This document shows positions 24,659 through 35,944 of a stretch of 64,000 nt of DNA, piece by piece; within the stretch, counting starts at the first letter, position 1, and every line of letters starts with the position of its first letter. The position numbers and the translations under genes are program-made. The notes beneath the pieces were generated by a model that did not search any database, was not told the origin of the DNA, and worked only from the letters and a program-made list of their open reading frames with translations. Source of the DNA: an uncultured Methanosarcinaceae archaeon. Lineage in GTDB: Archaea > Halobacteriota > Methanosarcinia > Methanosarcinales > Methanosarcinaceae. The stretch spans positions 256,001 through 320,000 of the forward strand of contig CAVTET010000001.1 in the NCBI GenBank assembly GCA_963733675.1, in the 5' to 3' direction.

Positions 24659-25104
24659 GGTCTACTCTAATCGTAATTGATTCAGAAGTTGATTATAACT
24701 TAACTGCTTACAAAACATCTGAAGATGTAAGCGTAACTCAATAACTGAAAAAGTTGCATATGAAGATGAAGAAACCGAAGCTCAAATAAGCAATAAAATA
24801 AAGGAACCATCTCAGCAGCGTGTATATTTTTTATAAAATCTGCTCTATACACCTTAATCCGACATTCTGTAGATGTATACAAATGTATATTTTTTTACCT
24901 ATTTGCCCACTACTATGCATTGAAAGTTAGATTAATTTTCAAGCTACTGGCATACTAAAAAAGTAGATGGCATTCTTGTGTACATCCATAGAATGTTGTA
25001 TGATATTTTTTGCACAATAAATAGTTCAAGTGTCAAAGGAGATGAATAATTCTTCATTTTCGGTGCATTAAAATTTAGGTTGTATCCTTTAGTCATGATC
25101 AAAT

Positions 25105-25650
25105 GTGGCTGCTCCCCTCACTAAAGTGAGGGGCTCGATCGGTTTTACGAATAGATTGTAATCCCAATCTGAGAATGTTAATAGCGGCATTATGATCTCT
25201 ATCCAGAACAAGATCATCGAAAGAATAACGATGTGTTCTTTCAGATAATTCTTTTTTAACAATTTGACCGCAACCTGAGCATATTTGAGATGTATTTCTT
25301 GGATTCACTAGTTCTACACGTTTAACAGCTCATTTTGCCTTGTAAGTTGTGATGGCCATTAACTTGCTCCATGATATGCATCAGCTATATTCTTCGCAAG
25401 ACAATGACTTTTGATAATTCCTTTAACATTAAGATCTTCAAAGGTAATCGAATAATAAGTTCTCACTAGATTAAAACTTGCTTTTTGAACAAAATATTCA
25501 CACTTGTTAAATATTCTTTCGTGGATGTGTTCGACTATCTTTAGTACCTTTGCTCTTATTATAGTTCTTTTTGGAGCCGTTGTCAACTTCATTTGAGCTT
25601 TTGAAAGTACTTTTTCATCGATAACAAAAAATCTAAAATTCGGTATTTTT
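25105..25650 (-). mobile_element. tnpB: IS605-type tnpB pseudogene (3' half) with right-end hairpin
   Basis: FEDLNVKG, NPRNTSQICSGCG, DRDHNAAINIL; CCCCTCACTAAAGTGAGGGG hairpin; truncated by the IS6 MITE. Confidence 0.85.
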
Positions 25651-25800
25651 GGTTCCGTTGCAAAAAATCTGGCTTTGTTACAAAATCAGTGCAAAATTTC
25701 ACAATAAGGAAAGTTTATACTTTTCCTCATGATAAAAATAATACACAAAGGTCAGAATTATAGTCCCAAACTGCGGAAATATAATTTTTGCAACGGAACC
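25651..25800. mobile_element. 150-bp IS6-derived MITE, copy 1
   Basis: GGTTCCGTTGCAAAAA TIRs matching the IS6 at 31279. Confidence 0.92.
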
Positions 25801-25920
25801 ATTTCAATTGCTTTCTCATATTCTTTTATTGTACCTTCATACTGGTTTAATTTACCAAGAGCAACTCCTTTATTGTATCAAGCATCTAAGTTCTGGGTTA
25901 ATTTCAACTACTTTGCCAAA
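25801..25920 (-). pseudogene. TPR-repeat remnant
   Basis: LDA*YNKGVALGKLNQYEGTIKEYEKAIE on minus strand, cut by the MITE. Confidence 0.6.
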
Positions 25921-26059
25921 TGGTTTTTGACGAAAAATTAGGTTTTATACCAAATGGAAATTTAACTACCAAACTAAAGTATTAAATGCCTTCATAAAAA
26001 TTTGAAGATTCAGGAGACGTATCAGATTCTCCTCCCTGTAAAACATCTCCGGAAATCAA

Positions 26060-26563
26060 TTAAAAAGAGATTCTGAGCACAGACATGGAAACTTTTTCAA
26101 AAATTGCTTCGATATCACACTCGAACTTTCTTGCCATCAAAAGTGCCACGATCCGGATATCCACAAGGTAAGAAAGCCTCTCCTGCATGGAGTTGATTTC
26201 AGATACAAGTTTTTGTCGATTTACCCCTGTATTTCCAGCAATGAACTCTAAGACTTGCTCAAAGGAGATATCTTCCTTGAGAGAGAGTTTCCCGTCAGAG
26301 TTTCCCTGGCTTTCAAGAAAGTTTTCCGACGGCTTAAAGGTATTAGGGAGCCTAATATCTTCAACATCAAAGGCAGGTGTAAGGACACCTTTATTAAGGG
26401 AGAGCAGGCCTACTTCAAGAGCACAGCATTTTACTTTTGAAGCAATTTTTGGAGAAAACCATTTCAGGTCAAAAGCCAGTGTAAACTCGAAATCCTTTTC
26501 TGAAAGAAAAATTGCATTGTTTTTTTTAAAAGGAATTGAAACTACAAGTCTAAGTTCTTCCAT
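26060..26563 (-). CDS. DUF2240 family protein
   Basis: MEELRLVVSIPFKK, FTLAFDLKWFSP motifs. Confidence 0.8.
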   Translation of the reverse strand: MEELRLVVSIPFKKNNAIFLSEKDFEFTLAFDLKWFSPKIASKVKCCALEVGLLSLNKGVLTPAFDVEDIRLPNTFKPSENFLESQGNSDGKLSLKEDISFEQVLEFIAGNTGVNRQKLVSEINSMQERLSYLVDIRIVALLMARKFECDIEAIFEKVSMSVLRISF

Positions 26564-26784
26564 TCATTGCACCATTAAATAAACTGATACTTTGAAGTAG
26601 ATCAAAGTATAACAAAACTTCGGTATAATAGATTCATGATACAATGTATCCCAGTATATGTAATCAATTATACAGTGGATTTCGATATAATAGGTTTCTT
26701 GGGTGCAATTCAGAGAAATGTTAAAAGCTCAGGTACAAAATTCTCATTTTGAGCTTATGTCGAGGCAAGATATATCTTAAAATT

Positions 26785-26934
26785 GGTTCCGTTGCAAAAA
26801 TTATATTTCCGCAGTTTGGGACTATAATTCTGACCTTTGTGTATTATTTTTATCATGAGGAAAAGTATAAACTTTCCTTATTGTGAAATTTTGCACTGAT
26901 TTTGTAACAAAGCCAGATTTTTTGCAACGGAACC
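26785..26934. mobile_element. 150-bp IS6-derived MITE, copy 2 (reverse complement of copy 1)
   Basis: Matches 25651-25800 in inverted orientation. Confidence 0.92.
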
Positions 26935-27053
26935 TCGAAATTTATTTAGCCACAATAGATTAAAATGTCATTTTGTAAAGATTTTAAATTATTTTAGATA
27001 TTAATTTCTGCTATTACAATTTTAGAGGCCTGCTTTTCTTGTCAAGGAAAAGT

Positions 27054-28625
27054 TCAAAGTGTTACAAGTTTAGCATTGAGTATTCCCGGAACGCTCCGCA
27101 CTTCTTCAAGAATCGGTGCAGAGACTTCAGAGTCTACATTAAGTACCATCATGGTAACGCCTCCTATTTCAGATCTACCAACCTGCATACCTGATATATT
27201 AATATCGTTCTTACCTAGAACCATGCAGCATGGTCCGATTACGTTCGGCTTATTGATGTGCTTGGCAAAAATCATACGCCCTGCAGGAAAGATATCCATC
27301 TTGTCATCGTCAACTGAAATGATCTTTGACTCATCTCCAACAACAGTTCCAGCAACTAGTTTTGTCAGTTCACTACTAATAAGCCTGATACTAACGGTTG
27401 AAGAGTACTCCTCAGAAGACTCGGATTTACTTTCCACGACCGCAACCTTTCTGGACTTTGCAAGGGTAGGAGCATTGACATAATTAACTCCGGAACCAAG
27501 AGCCATTTCAAGCAACCCTTTGAGAGCAGAAACAGTAAGTGGTCTGGTATCTCTTCCAGAAATTTCTCCATTGTATGCGATTTCCACTTTTTCATAATTG
27601 CCATCTGCAAGCTGCCCTGCAATTTTGCCCATGATCTCCGAGAGCCTGATGTAAGGGGCAAGGATTGCCATGGCTTCTGGCTTTATTGATGGAATATTGA
27701 TTGCATTCTTTGCAAGCCCGCCTGTAAGGACAGATACAATTTCCTTGGCAATATCTATTGCCACGTTGACCTGAGCTTCCTGTGTGGAGGCTCCAAGATG
27801 AGGGGTTACTATGACGTTTTCAAACTGCAGGAGAGGATTGTTAAAAGGAGGTTCCTCAACGAATACATCTAATGCTGCACCTCCTACTTTCCCGCCTTCA
27901 AGAGCCTTTGTTAGTGCCTCTTCGTTGATAATGCCACCTCGAGCGCAGTTTATAATCTTTACACTGGGTTTCATCAGGGCAAACTGTTCTTCATCGATAA
28001 TGTTTTTGGTTTCTTTAATTAAAGGAGTATGCACCGTAATATAATCAGCTACTTTTGCGATTTCATTTACTGTAGTAAGTTTCACACCCAGTTCCGCCGC
28101 TCTTTTTTCTGAGATAAAAGGATCGTACCCAATAAGGTTCATTTCAAGTCCCAAAGACCTTTTTGCGACTTCGGAACCAATTCTTCCAAGACCTATGATT
28201 CCCAGAGTCTTACCCTTGACCTCAATACCCGTAAATTTATTACGTTTCCATTCTCTTGCTTTCAGGGAGGCATTTGCCTGAGGGATGTTTCTGGACATTG
28301 CCATCATCATAGCAATAGTGTGCTCAGCTGCCGAAATCATATTACCTTCTGGAGCGTTAGTCACAATGATGCCTTTTTTGGTAGCTGCATCCACATCAAT
28401 ATTGTCAACTCCGACTCCAGCCCTCCCGATTACTTTTAGGTTGTCAGCAGCTTCGATAATTTTCTGAGTGACCTGAGTTCCACTTCGTATTACAAGGGCA
28501 TCATATTCTTTGATTTTATCCACGAGTTCCTCTTCTGAAAGCCCTGTAGATACTTCAACCGTAAAATGTTCTTTTAAAATATCCAATCCTTCGTTGGAAA
28601 GTGAGTCGCTGACCAATATTCTCAT
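27054..28625 (-). CDS. serA: D-3-phosphoglycerate dehydrogenase with ASB and ACT domains
   Basis: RAGVGVDNID, GIIGLGRIG, NCARGG, TPHLGAST. Confidence 0.97.
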   Translation of the reverse strand: MRILVSDSLSNEGLDILKEHFTVEVSTGLSEEELVDKIKEYDALVIRSGTQVTQKIIEAADNLKVIGRAGVGVDNIDVDAATKKGIIVTNAPEGNMISAAEHTIAMMMAMSRNIPQANASLKAREWKRNKFTGIEVKGKTLGIIGLGRIGSEVAKRSLGLEMNLIGYDPFISEKRAAELGVKLTTVNEIAKVADYITVHTPLIKETKNIIDEEQFALMKPSVKIINCARGGIINEEALTKALEGGKVGGAALDVFVEEPPFNNPLLQFENVIVTPHLGASTQEAQVNVAIDIAKEIVSVLTGGLAKNAINIPSIKPEAMAILAPYIRLSEIMGKIAGQLADGNYEKVEIAYNGEISGRDTRPLTVSALKGLLEMALGSGVNYVNAPTLAKSRKVAVVESKSESSEEYSSTVSIRLISSELTKLVAGTVVGDESKIISVDDDKMDIFPAGRMIFAKHINKPNVIGPCCMVLGKNDINISGMQVGRSEIGGVTMMVLNVDSEVSAPILEEVRSVPGILNAKLVTL

Positions 28626-28774
28626 GTAAATTTCTCCAATAAATAAGATAAACTTGATCCATTAAATTTTAACAAAGAAATAAATCAACTTAATCACACT
28701 TAAGCATTATCACCTATATTTAAAGCAAGCGTTAATCATCTTGATATTTCTCAAAGTTATTCTACACTACACAA

Positions 28775-29644
28775 TCAACTGATGAGTCTGATTATTCCTA
28801 TTTTCGGTTCGTAACACTGGCCATCTGCAAGGAGAGAACGAATAACTTCATCTACAAATTGATAAGTAATCCCATTCGAAATTGCTGTACCCACAAAAAC
28901 TGCGTAGTCAACACCATTGTGTCCCCCCATCTCTCTGAGCAGCTCAAGCACAAACTCTTTCTGATCAGCCTTGGATCCTGCATAACCCTCTGGATCCAAA
29001 TCCAAGGATCTGAGACCTTCTCTGATTGAAACACGAAGCAATTTCACAAATTCTTGAGGAGAGCTTTCCTGTTCAAGGGCAATAGAAATACCTTCTGCAA
29101 GATCTGAAGAAATCCCTCTTTCGAGCAAGTACTCCCGGATTTCTTCTCCACGATATCCGCTAGCTAGAGCCTCAGAGAAAGCCTCTAGTCTCTCAACTGT
29201 CTGCTCTGCAGTATCTACAACCCACCTAATTCGGATCTTTTCGTCAACTACATTTACTTCTTCAGCTCGGACAGATACATAAGAAGATCCAGGTTCTGGT
29301 TTGTAAATTCGAGCTTTGCCTGTGAGGGCGATGAAAGCTGGAATTTGAACTGCCGAAAAGAAAATAGATGCTTCAGGCTGATACTGTCCGGAATATACCG
29401 TAAAAGCTCCTGTGGGATCGACTATCCTTGCTTTCCACGTCTCATTTAGTGTGCCTACACTGTCAAGTTCCGTGATCACTCCAACAATGAATATACGATT
29501 GAGAATAAGGCCGAGAGGGCTAATAAGCAGATTCGGGGTTTTCGAATCAGCTGCTTCAGAATCAGATATTACTGATTTTTCAAGCTCCCTAAAAGCTTCA
29601 AATTCTCTTGCAAAAACTCTTTTTGCAACCTCTCGTTTAAGCAA
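28775..29644 (-). CDS. RPA-associated OB-fold protein
   Basis: REVAKRVFAREF, ARIVDPTG.F.VY.GQYQPEA, C-terminal winged helix CYEPK. Confidence 0.85.
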   Translation of the reverse strand: MLKREVAKRVFAREFEAFRELEKSVISDSEAADSKTPNLLISPLGLILNRIFIVGVITELDSVGTLNETWKARIVDPTGAFTVYSGQYQPEASIFFSAVQIPAFIALTGKARIYKPEPGSSYVSVRAEEVNVVDEKIRIRWVVDTAEQTVERLEAFSEALASGYRGEEIREYLLERGISSDLAEGISIALEQESSPQEFVKLLRVSIREGLRSLDLDPEGYAGSKADQKEFVLELLREMGGHNGVDYAVFVGTAISNGITYQFVDEVIRSLLADGQCYEPKIGIIRLIS

Positions 29645-31006
29645 AGCCTACTCTCCCACTGGAAGCCTGTGAATTCCTGTCATGTCCATCTCCTTCTCCC
29701 GGCCCTATCCTGTGAAGTAATTCAACTATCCTTACTAAAAGATCATCTTCAGGTACCCAGACTTTTTCAGCTACGAAGGAAATCCCATATTCGCCTTTTG
29801 AGGAATTCCCACGAACTGCAATGTAGCGGCCTGTAAGGGAATATCTGAGATCTTCATAAACCGCATCTTTAGAGACATTCGAAAACATTAGCTTTTCGGC
29901 TTCTTCAAGGGTTTTTCCATAGATACTTTCCGAAAGTTCTCTAGGAAACATAACTGAAATGGATCCTGTTCCGTCATCAAGTATGGCCTTGATCCGCATG
30001 TCTCTTAGGCCTTCTACATTGCCGTGAACCCTGCAGCTTGCTTTTTGAATCGCACGGCCACATTCTGGGCAGTGGGAGATAATCCCGGAGCCTGGCCGTA
30101 CTGAAATCACATTTCCAGCTGTGATCACATCGAACATGATGCCTTTTGAAACTATTCCTTCGATTTTAATAGGAGCAGGGTCTTTTCCTGCGGATTCGAA
30201 GATAAAGGCAAGTTTTCTGGCCTCTTCCAGCTCGATAGAAGAAACTTTTGTGCTGTTCAGGATGTTTACTGAAAGCATTCCCCTGAACATTCGGATCTGA
30301 GCTCCCTCTATTCGGATTGTACTCCCGATATCAATCCCAGAAAGCTCAATCCAGGATGTGAAAGGCAGCCTTCCTGTCTCATCTGCGAGAACACCTGATA
30401 CAACTTCAGACTGGCGTCCCCTGACCCGCACCTCCTTGTTTGAAAGTTGAAGTACGCAGGCTACAGTCCCAACGGAAAAATCTGCAGCTCCGATATCTAG
30501 CAGCTTTTTTGATTGGCTCTCGGGAAGCTTAGATAGGGTGATAAGCGATGGGTCAGCAATTTTAGATACAAGAGACTGTTTCCCTATAAAAAGTCTGATC
30601 TTATTCTGCCAGGTGCGCATATAAGCGTTTTTGATAGTGATTCTATCTCCTATCGAGCCTGGAAGATATTTCCATGAAGAAAACATAACAGAACCTGTTT
30701 CACTGCAAGGATCCCGTTATAAATCTTAGAAGTTCCTTCTTTAGTTCCATCCTGAGGCCGGATTGTTTTTTCTCCAAGGTCCTGGATACTGCCGATAATT
30801 TCAAAATTCTTCAGGTTAGCTGAAAGATCCTTTACCTTTAGGACTTTTGTCTTTCCTCCTAACTTGCTGAGGCTACTCTTTTTTGCAACATCTTGTTGCA
30901 TGCGAAAAGAAAGACATTTATTAAACTCTGCATGGATATCAGTTTTTTCAAGATCTCCAAGTTCCCTGTTTGACTCCTCAAGGTGGGGTACTATTTTTTC
31001 ATCCAT
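29637..31006 (-). pseudogene. rpa: Replication protein A (OB folds plus Zn finger), split by a 1-nt frameshift near 30700
   Basis: GILA(D)ETG motif broken; downstream ADETGR, CPECGR..C..HG and LDDGTG intact. Confidence 0.8.
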
Positions 31007-31278
31007 TTTTAAGCCTTCATTCGAGACAATAATGAAATAATTCCTATTTTACAGTTTTTTGGATTTCAGGATATTTCAGGTTTGATTCCAGGCTCTGAAA
31101 TCCAATCTTTTACAATAAATTAGGTTCAAGAGATAATTTCAAAAAATATTTTTTTCAAGAATCACTTATATATCTAAGCACATGACAGAATTGAGGTTTT
31201 GTCTAAATCCTCAAGACTAATACTAATAAAGATACAGATTTTAGGGTAAATACAAATTTCAAGTTAGATATGAATATT

Positions 31279-32133
31279 GGTTCCGTTGCAAAAATCCTTT
31301 CTAATTGATGCAATAGAATAAAAAGAAAACTAAAGATAGTAATATGCTATCTGATTCTTTTAAATGGAAGCATTATGAAGGAGAAATTATCTTATTGAAT
31401 GTAAGATGGTACTTAAAATACCCACTGAGCTATCGAAACTTAAAGGAAATAATGATAGAAAGAGGAATTCAAGTTGATCACAGTACTATAATGAGATGGG
31501 TACATCAATATTCTCCTGAAATAGAAAAGAAGATAAGAAGACATTTAAGACCAACAAATGATTCGTGGAGAGTTGATGAAACCTATATCGAAGTAAAAGG
31601 TAAATGGAAATATCTTTATCGAGCAGTTGATTCAAATGGAGATACAATGGACTTCATGTTAAGTTCAAAACGAAATAGAAAAGCAGCGAATAGATTCTTT
31701 AAGAAAGCTTTAAGTTCAAATCAGAATCAAATTCCAAGAGTAATAACCGTTGATAAGAATCCAGCTTATCCACCTGTTATAGATAAACTGAAAAATGATA
31801 AAATACTACCTAAAAACGTAGGTATTCGACAAATCAAGTATTTGAATAACATTATAGAACAAGATCATCGATATATATAGCGGATAATTGCTCCAATGTT
31901 AGGATTTCAGTCTTTTCGATCTGCTAATAAAACCTTAAAAGGAATTGAAGCTATGAATATGGTCAAAAAAGGACAAGTCAATAATCTAAATTACTCTGTT
32001 TTTAATGAAGTCAAATACATTAATCAATTGTTTGGTATGGTTTTATAATGTTAGTACATTTTCCTTGAATATTTTGATTTTTATTCATTACTTATAGATT
32101 TACACATTTTTTTGAATTTTTTGCAACGGAACC
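31279..32133 (+). mobile_element. IS6-family element; transposase 31344-32048 with a single in-frame TAG
   Basis: GGTTCCGTTGCAAAA TIRs; WRVDETY, TVDK, NNIIEQDHR DDE motifs. Confidence 0.95.
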
Positions 32134-32584
32134 TGACATAATAAAGGACTTGCTCTACTTAAGTTAAATGAATCCGATTTGTAGGTTGAATATTTATTAA
32201 ATTTTTATTTATTATCTATCTTTCTTGATATAAATATAGCAACTTTTTGGCTTTTTAACATATAACATATTTTAATAAAAACTTGTATCCACTCACAACC
32301 AGGTAAAATATCCTATAATTTCGGCTGAAAAATGAGAAAATACAAAATTTTCAGACAAAAAAATTGTGCATCAATGAAAACACTAGAAACATAAGCTTTA
32401 TCAGTAAAACTAATGGCTTGACATCCTAATTTGTGCAATGAAAGAAAATGATAAAGAACCAATCATGTTTTACAGGACTTTAGCTACCCTGTCCCAACAA
32501 ATCAGATTCAGTTAATCTATTTAAATAAATATCTTTTGCCGTCTAATGCTGTTGAATCTAGTGGGTTATACATTTCAATTTTAT

Positions 32585-32836
32585 TTATCCCACAAAAGCG
32601 ATTTTAAGATAACTCAGTATAATGACAATTACTGCACCAATACTACCACCTAATGCACAAATGAGGATTGTCCATATAGATACTGCTACTTTTAAGCCGA
32701 AAAACCTTGCTACGTATAAAATTGCTAGACCAATCACTGCATGAATCCCAAGATGAATCAGATTGTCAAATAAATTATACAAAAAGAACGCCACTATTAA
32801 AGCGACGACCAATACTAAAATTTCAGTTAATATCAT
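32585..32836 (-). CDS. BofA-like small membrane protein
   Basis: 83 aa, three hydrophobic segments, ICALGG..G pattern. Confidence 0.65.
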   Translation of the reverse strand: MILTEILVLVVALIVAFFLYNLFDNLIHLGIHAVIGLAILYVARFFGLKVAVSIWTILICALGGSIGAVIVIILSYLKIAFVG

Positions 32837-33039
32837 GTATTAATAAAATGTTGTTTTATTATTTATTCCCATTTCAACATTTGAGAATTTTTTCCCCCAA
32901 AAAAATGAAGACACTGGAAACAGAAATAGGGTACAAAAATAAAAAAATCATGATCTCGCTGTTTAAAATTTGGGGAATGGATCTCGATCTTTGCCTATGT
33001 TTTTGATAATTAGATCATTCCATAGCTTATAGGAATTTC

Positions 33040-33378
33040 GGTTCCGTTGCAAAAAAATATGAGATCGATATATGAAATAAATAGGAATTTAAGAGTATAT
33101 AATATGCCATTAAATACCTTCTTATCCTCTTTTTTATCTCAGGTGGATATTGATGTACCCATCTCATTATAGTACTGTGATCAACTTGAATTCCTCTTTC
33201 TGCCATCATTTCCTTTAAATTTATATAGCTCAATGGATATTTTAAGTACCATCTTACTGTTTGCAGAATGATTTATCCTACAAAGTGTTTCCATTTAAAG
33301 GTATTTAATGGCATATTATATACTCTTAAATTCCTATTTATTTCATATATCGATCTCATATTTTTTTGCAACGGAACC
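33040..33378. mobile_element. IS6 deletion derivative with 81-bp inverted arms
   Basis: 33040-33120 is the reverse complement of 33298-33378; interior is the transposase 5' end. Confidence 0.9.
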
Positions 33379-33487
33379 CATCTCAGGGTTAAGAGAATTC
33401 AAACTTTTTGACCAAAACTATACCGCTGTTCAATCATTTTATCATGAAATCAAAGTACTCATTGCACTCATGAAAGGTCGTAAATTT

Positions 33488-33815
33488 TCACTGTCCATTG
33501 TGCGTTGGTCGGTCTCCTGCCTAATTTGCTTCTTGCTTACAAACATAAGCACCGCTATTGGTATGCCTGTAACAGCGTTGACCTTTGAAATGAGAGATGC
33601 CTGATGGGAGATTAAGCCAAACAGCAGTATCGTATGGACAATGATGTTGGGCTGCTTATTCTGTGCTGAATAATGTCAGTTCGTAGTTGCCTGTGCTGGT
33701 GTAACTGTGATGGGGCTGATAAGCGCTTATTGCCGGAGCTGCAACTGCTGCTACAAAAAAACAATTAGTATAATACCCAGTATTTTTTTGTTTGGTTACA
33801 TGTTTGTTTTCCCAT
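33488..33815 (-). pseudogene. Small secreted protein pseudogene (HCP..VWLN..SG..H..G...GAYVC)
   Basis: Signal peptide KKILGIILIVFFVAAVAAPA; in-frame TAA and TAG; not in the ORF track. Confidence 0.7.
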
Positions 33816-34322
33816 TTGTTTAGAATCCAAACTTTTGTTCAATTCTATCATCAGTTCGATGAACGCCATTTTTTGGTATATTAAATTGTTACTGCTAAAT
33901 AGTGTATATCCATTTTGATTTCACATTAAAATGAAACATATATATACTCATTTATTTATTAAAATTGCAATTATTAAATAGGTATTATGCTTTTTCATTT
34001 TTTTGACCGATTCAAATCGACTCTATACTCTTTTTTGTCACAAGTTGATGGGATTTATTATTTTGATTATTGTATATATTCTTATAGCAAAAACTATGTA
34101 TTTTTCTAATTTCAGACAAAATTAGAGGATATTCTTACCATATTGTGCAGAAAATACTTAGTTTTCATTAAAATATATGTCATCTTCAAAAACCAAAAAG
34201 TTGCTATATTTATCTTGTGAAGGATAAGAAATAAATAATAATTAAATAACTATAAAACCTACAAATCAAATCTATTTAATTGTTTTAGATAAAAATCTTT
34301 TATTGTTCCAAGCTAATGGATT

Positions 34323-34495
34323 TTACGGGTTAAGTTCAATTGCTTTGTCGTATGCTGTTATGGCTTCATCGGATTTATTTAGGTCAGATAGAAAATTTCC
34401 TTTAGAGATCCAAACATCTGAGTCCGGTGTCACACTTGCGATATTAACTAGGATCAAAACAGATCCAAACAACGTTGAGAAATAATATTTGCTTA
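34323..34495 (-). pseudogene. Secreted TPR protein remnant
   Basis: DSDVWISKGNFLSDLNKSDEAITAYDKAIELNP. Confidence 0.65.
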
Positions 34496-34499
34496 GAAC

Positions 34500-34623
34500 T
34501 ATTTGAAATATTTTTAGTATTATGTGAGAAATTAATAGCATTAAACTGTTAACTGTCTGAAATATAAATTTAAAAAACAATGAATATTGCACTCTATTTT
34601 ATACTTCAAGTGCTCAAGTCCTA
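34500..34623. mobile_element. TAGGACTT-family MITE copy
   Basis: AATAGCATTAAAC core and TACTTCAAGTGCTCAAGTCCTA right end. Confidence 0.65.
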
Positions 34624-34671
34624 TAGTTAAACAAAAAAATAGAACAGATATATTTTTTTTAGATGATTGTC

Positions 34672-35211
34672 ATGTTTGGGAAATACAAGGACCTTGTTGA
34701 AAAGGCTTCCGAAATAGGGATTAAATCTCACTTTCTGGATGCAAAGATCATTCCGATTGAAAACCGTACTGTTCTGAAGTGCGCTTACGGCTGCAAAGAT
34801 TATTGAACAAGGTCAAGCTGCCCACCTTATGTTATGTCAATTGATGAGTTCAGGAAGGTTATAGCGGAATACAACAGTGCACTTTTCCTTGTAGATGAAC
34901 ACGATAATGCAGAAGTTGCCGATATTCATGAAGCATGGTCAGGGCTTTTGAAGTACTCCTTCCATAAAATGTTCGAGCTTGAGCAGGAAGCTTTTAGGGA
35001 AGTCTTTACCTTCGCACATCTTCTGAGGCCTGGCCCCTGTAACGAATGTGAGATATGTAACCTTGATAAATGCGTAAAGCCAGAAATGAAGCGTTTTGCA
35101 CCTGAAGCTGTGGGAATAAATCTCCTGAAAGTAATGGGAAGTTTCGGACTTGCGCTTGAGTTCTGTAAACCAGAGAAAACTGTATGTATCGGGATTTTGC
35201 TTATTGAGTAA
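34672..35211 (+). pseudogene. DUF2284 (metal-binding) protein with in-frame TGA at 34804
   Basis: LKCAYGCKDY*TRSSCPP, GPCNECEIC, PEAVGIN. Confidence 0.8.
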
Positions 35212-35944
35212 ATGTATGTAAAAATCGGAGAGAACTTAAATAGAAAGTTCACCACCTGATAGATAATTATCTTTACATTTCTACCTGCCTCCTAACCATC
35301 TGAATCCATTTATCTCTCTACTGCAAGATCAGTAAGCTATCCTGCTCTGTTTCCATAGTGTTGATTGAGGTTATGTAAAGGTACAAACAATATACAAACC
35401 TTGACTAAATTAATTTACAATTAATACATTCAAAATTCCGTAGGTGAATGCAAATGTAAAATTTGTTTGACTATTTGCTCACTATCACTCTTTGAAAGTT
35501 AGATTACTTCTTAAGCAACTGCAATATTGAGAAAATAAATTGAATTTTGGTGTACTTCTGCGGAAAGTGGGATCATCAAATAAGTCTAATTTACTTAAAA
35601 CTCAGGGTTATAATGCCATCATTATTTCTAAAGGATATTAAAGATAGTTGAAAGAGTGCGAGAAAGAAAACTGAATCAATTAAAGAAAATTCCGATAAAT
35701 CCCCCGATTTCAATAAATTACTCCATAAACCTTATTAACCAACAGCAAAGATGAGTATTTATCTAACTCTTCTCAAATCAGCTTTCTTTTCCTTTATATA
35801 TAGTCAAATAGCTTACAAGAATATTGAAATTGTCAAATTTACTAGTATAATTTAATAATTGATTTCATAAATAATATTGATTTCTAGGTATATTTATCTA
35901 TATATATATATAAATACAACATAAAAATCGGAGGTTTTTTCAAA

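Noticed and set aside
25099-25650. TnpB as an active RNA-guided nuclease
   Set aside because: 5' half deleted, frameshifted, Zn-finger cysteines partly lost
34804-34806. In-frame TGA in Cys-rich DUF2284 as selenocysteine
   Set aside because: The position corresponds to an expected Gly (GGA to TGA), and Methanosarcina are not known to use Sec
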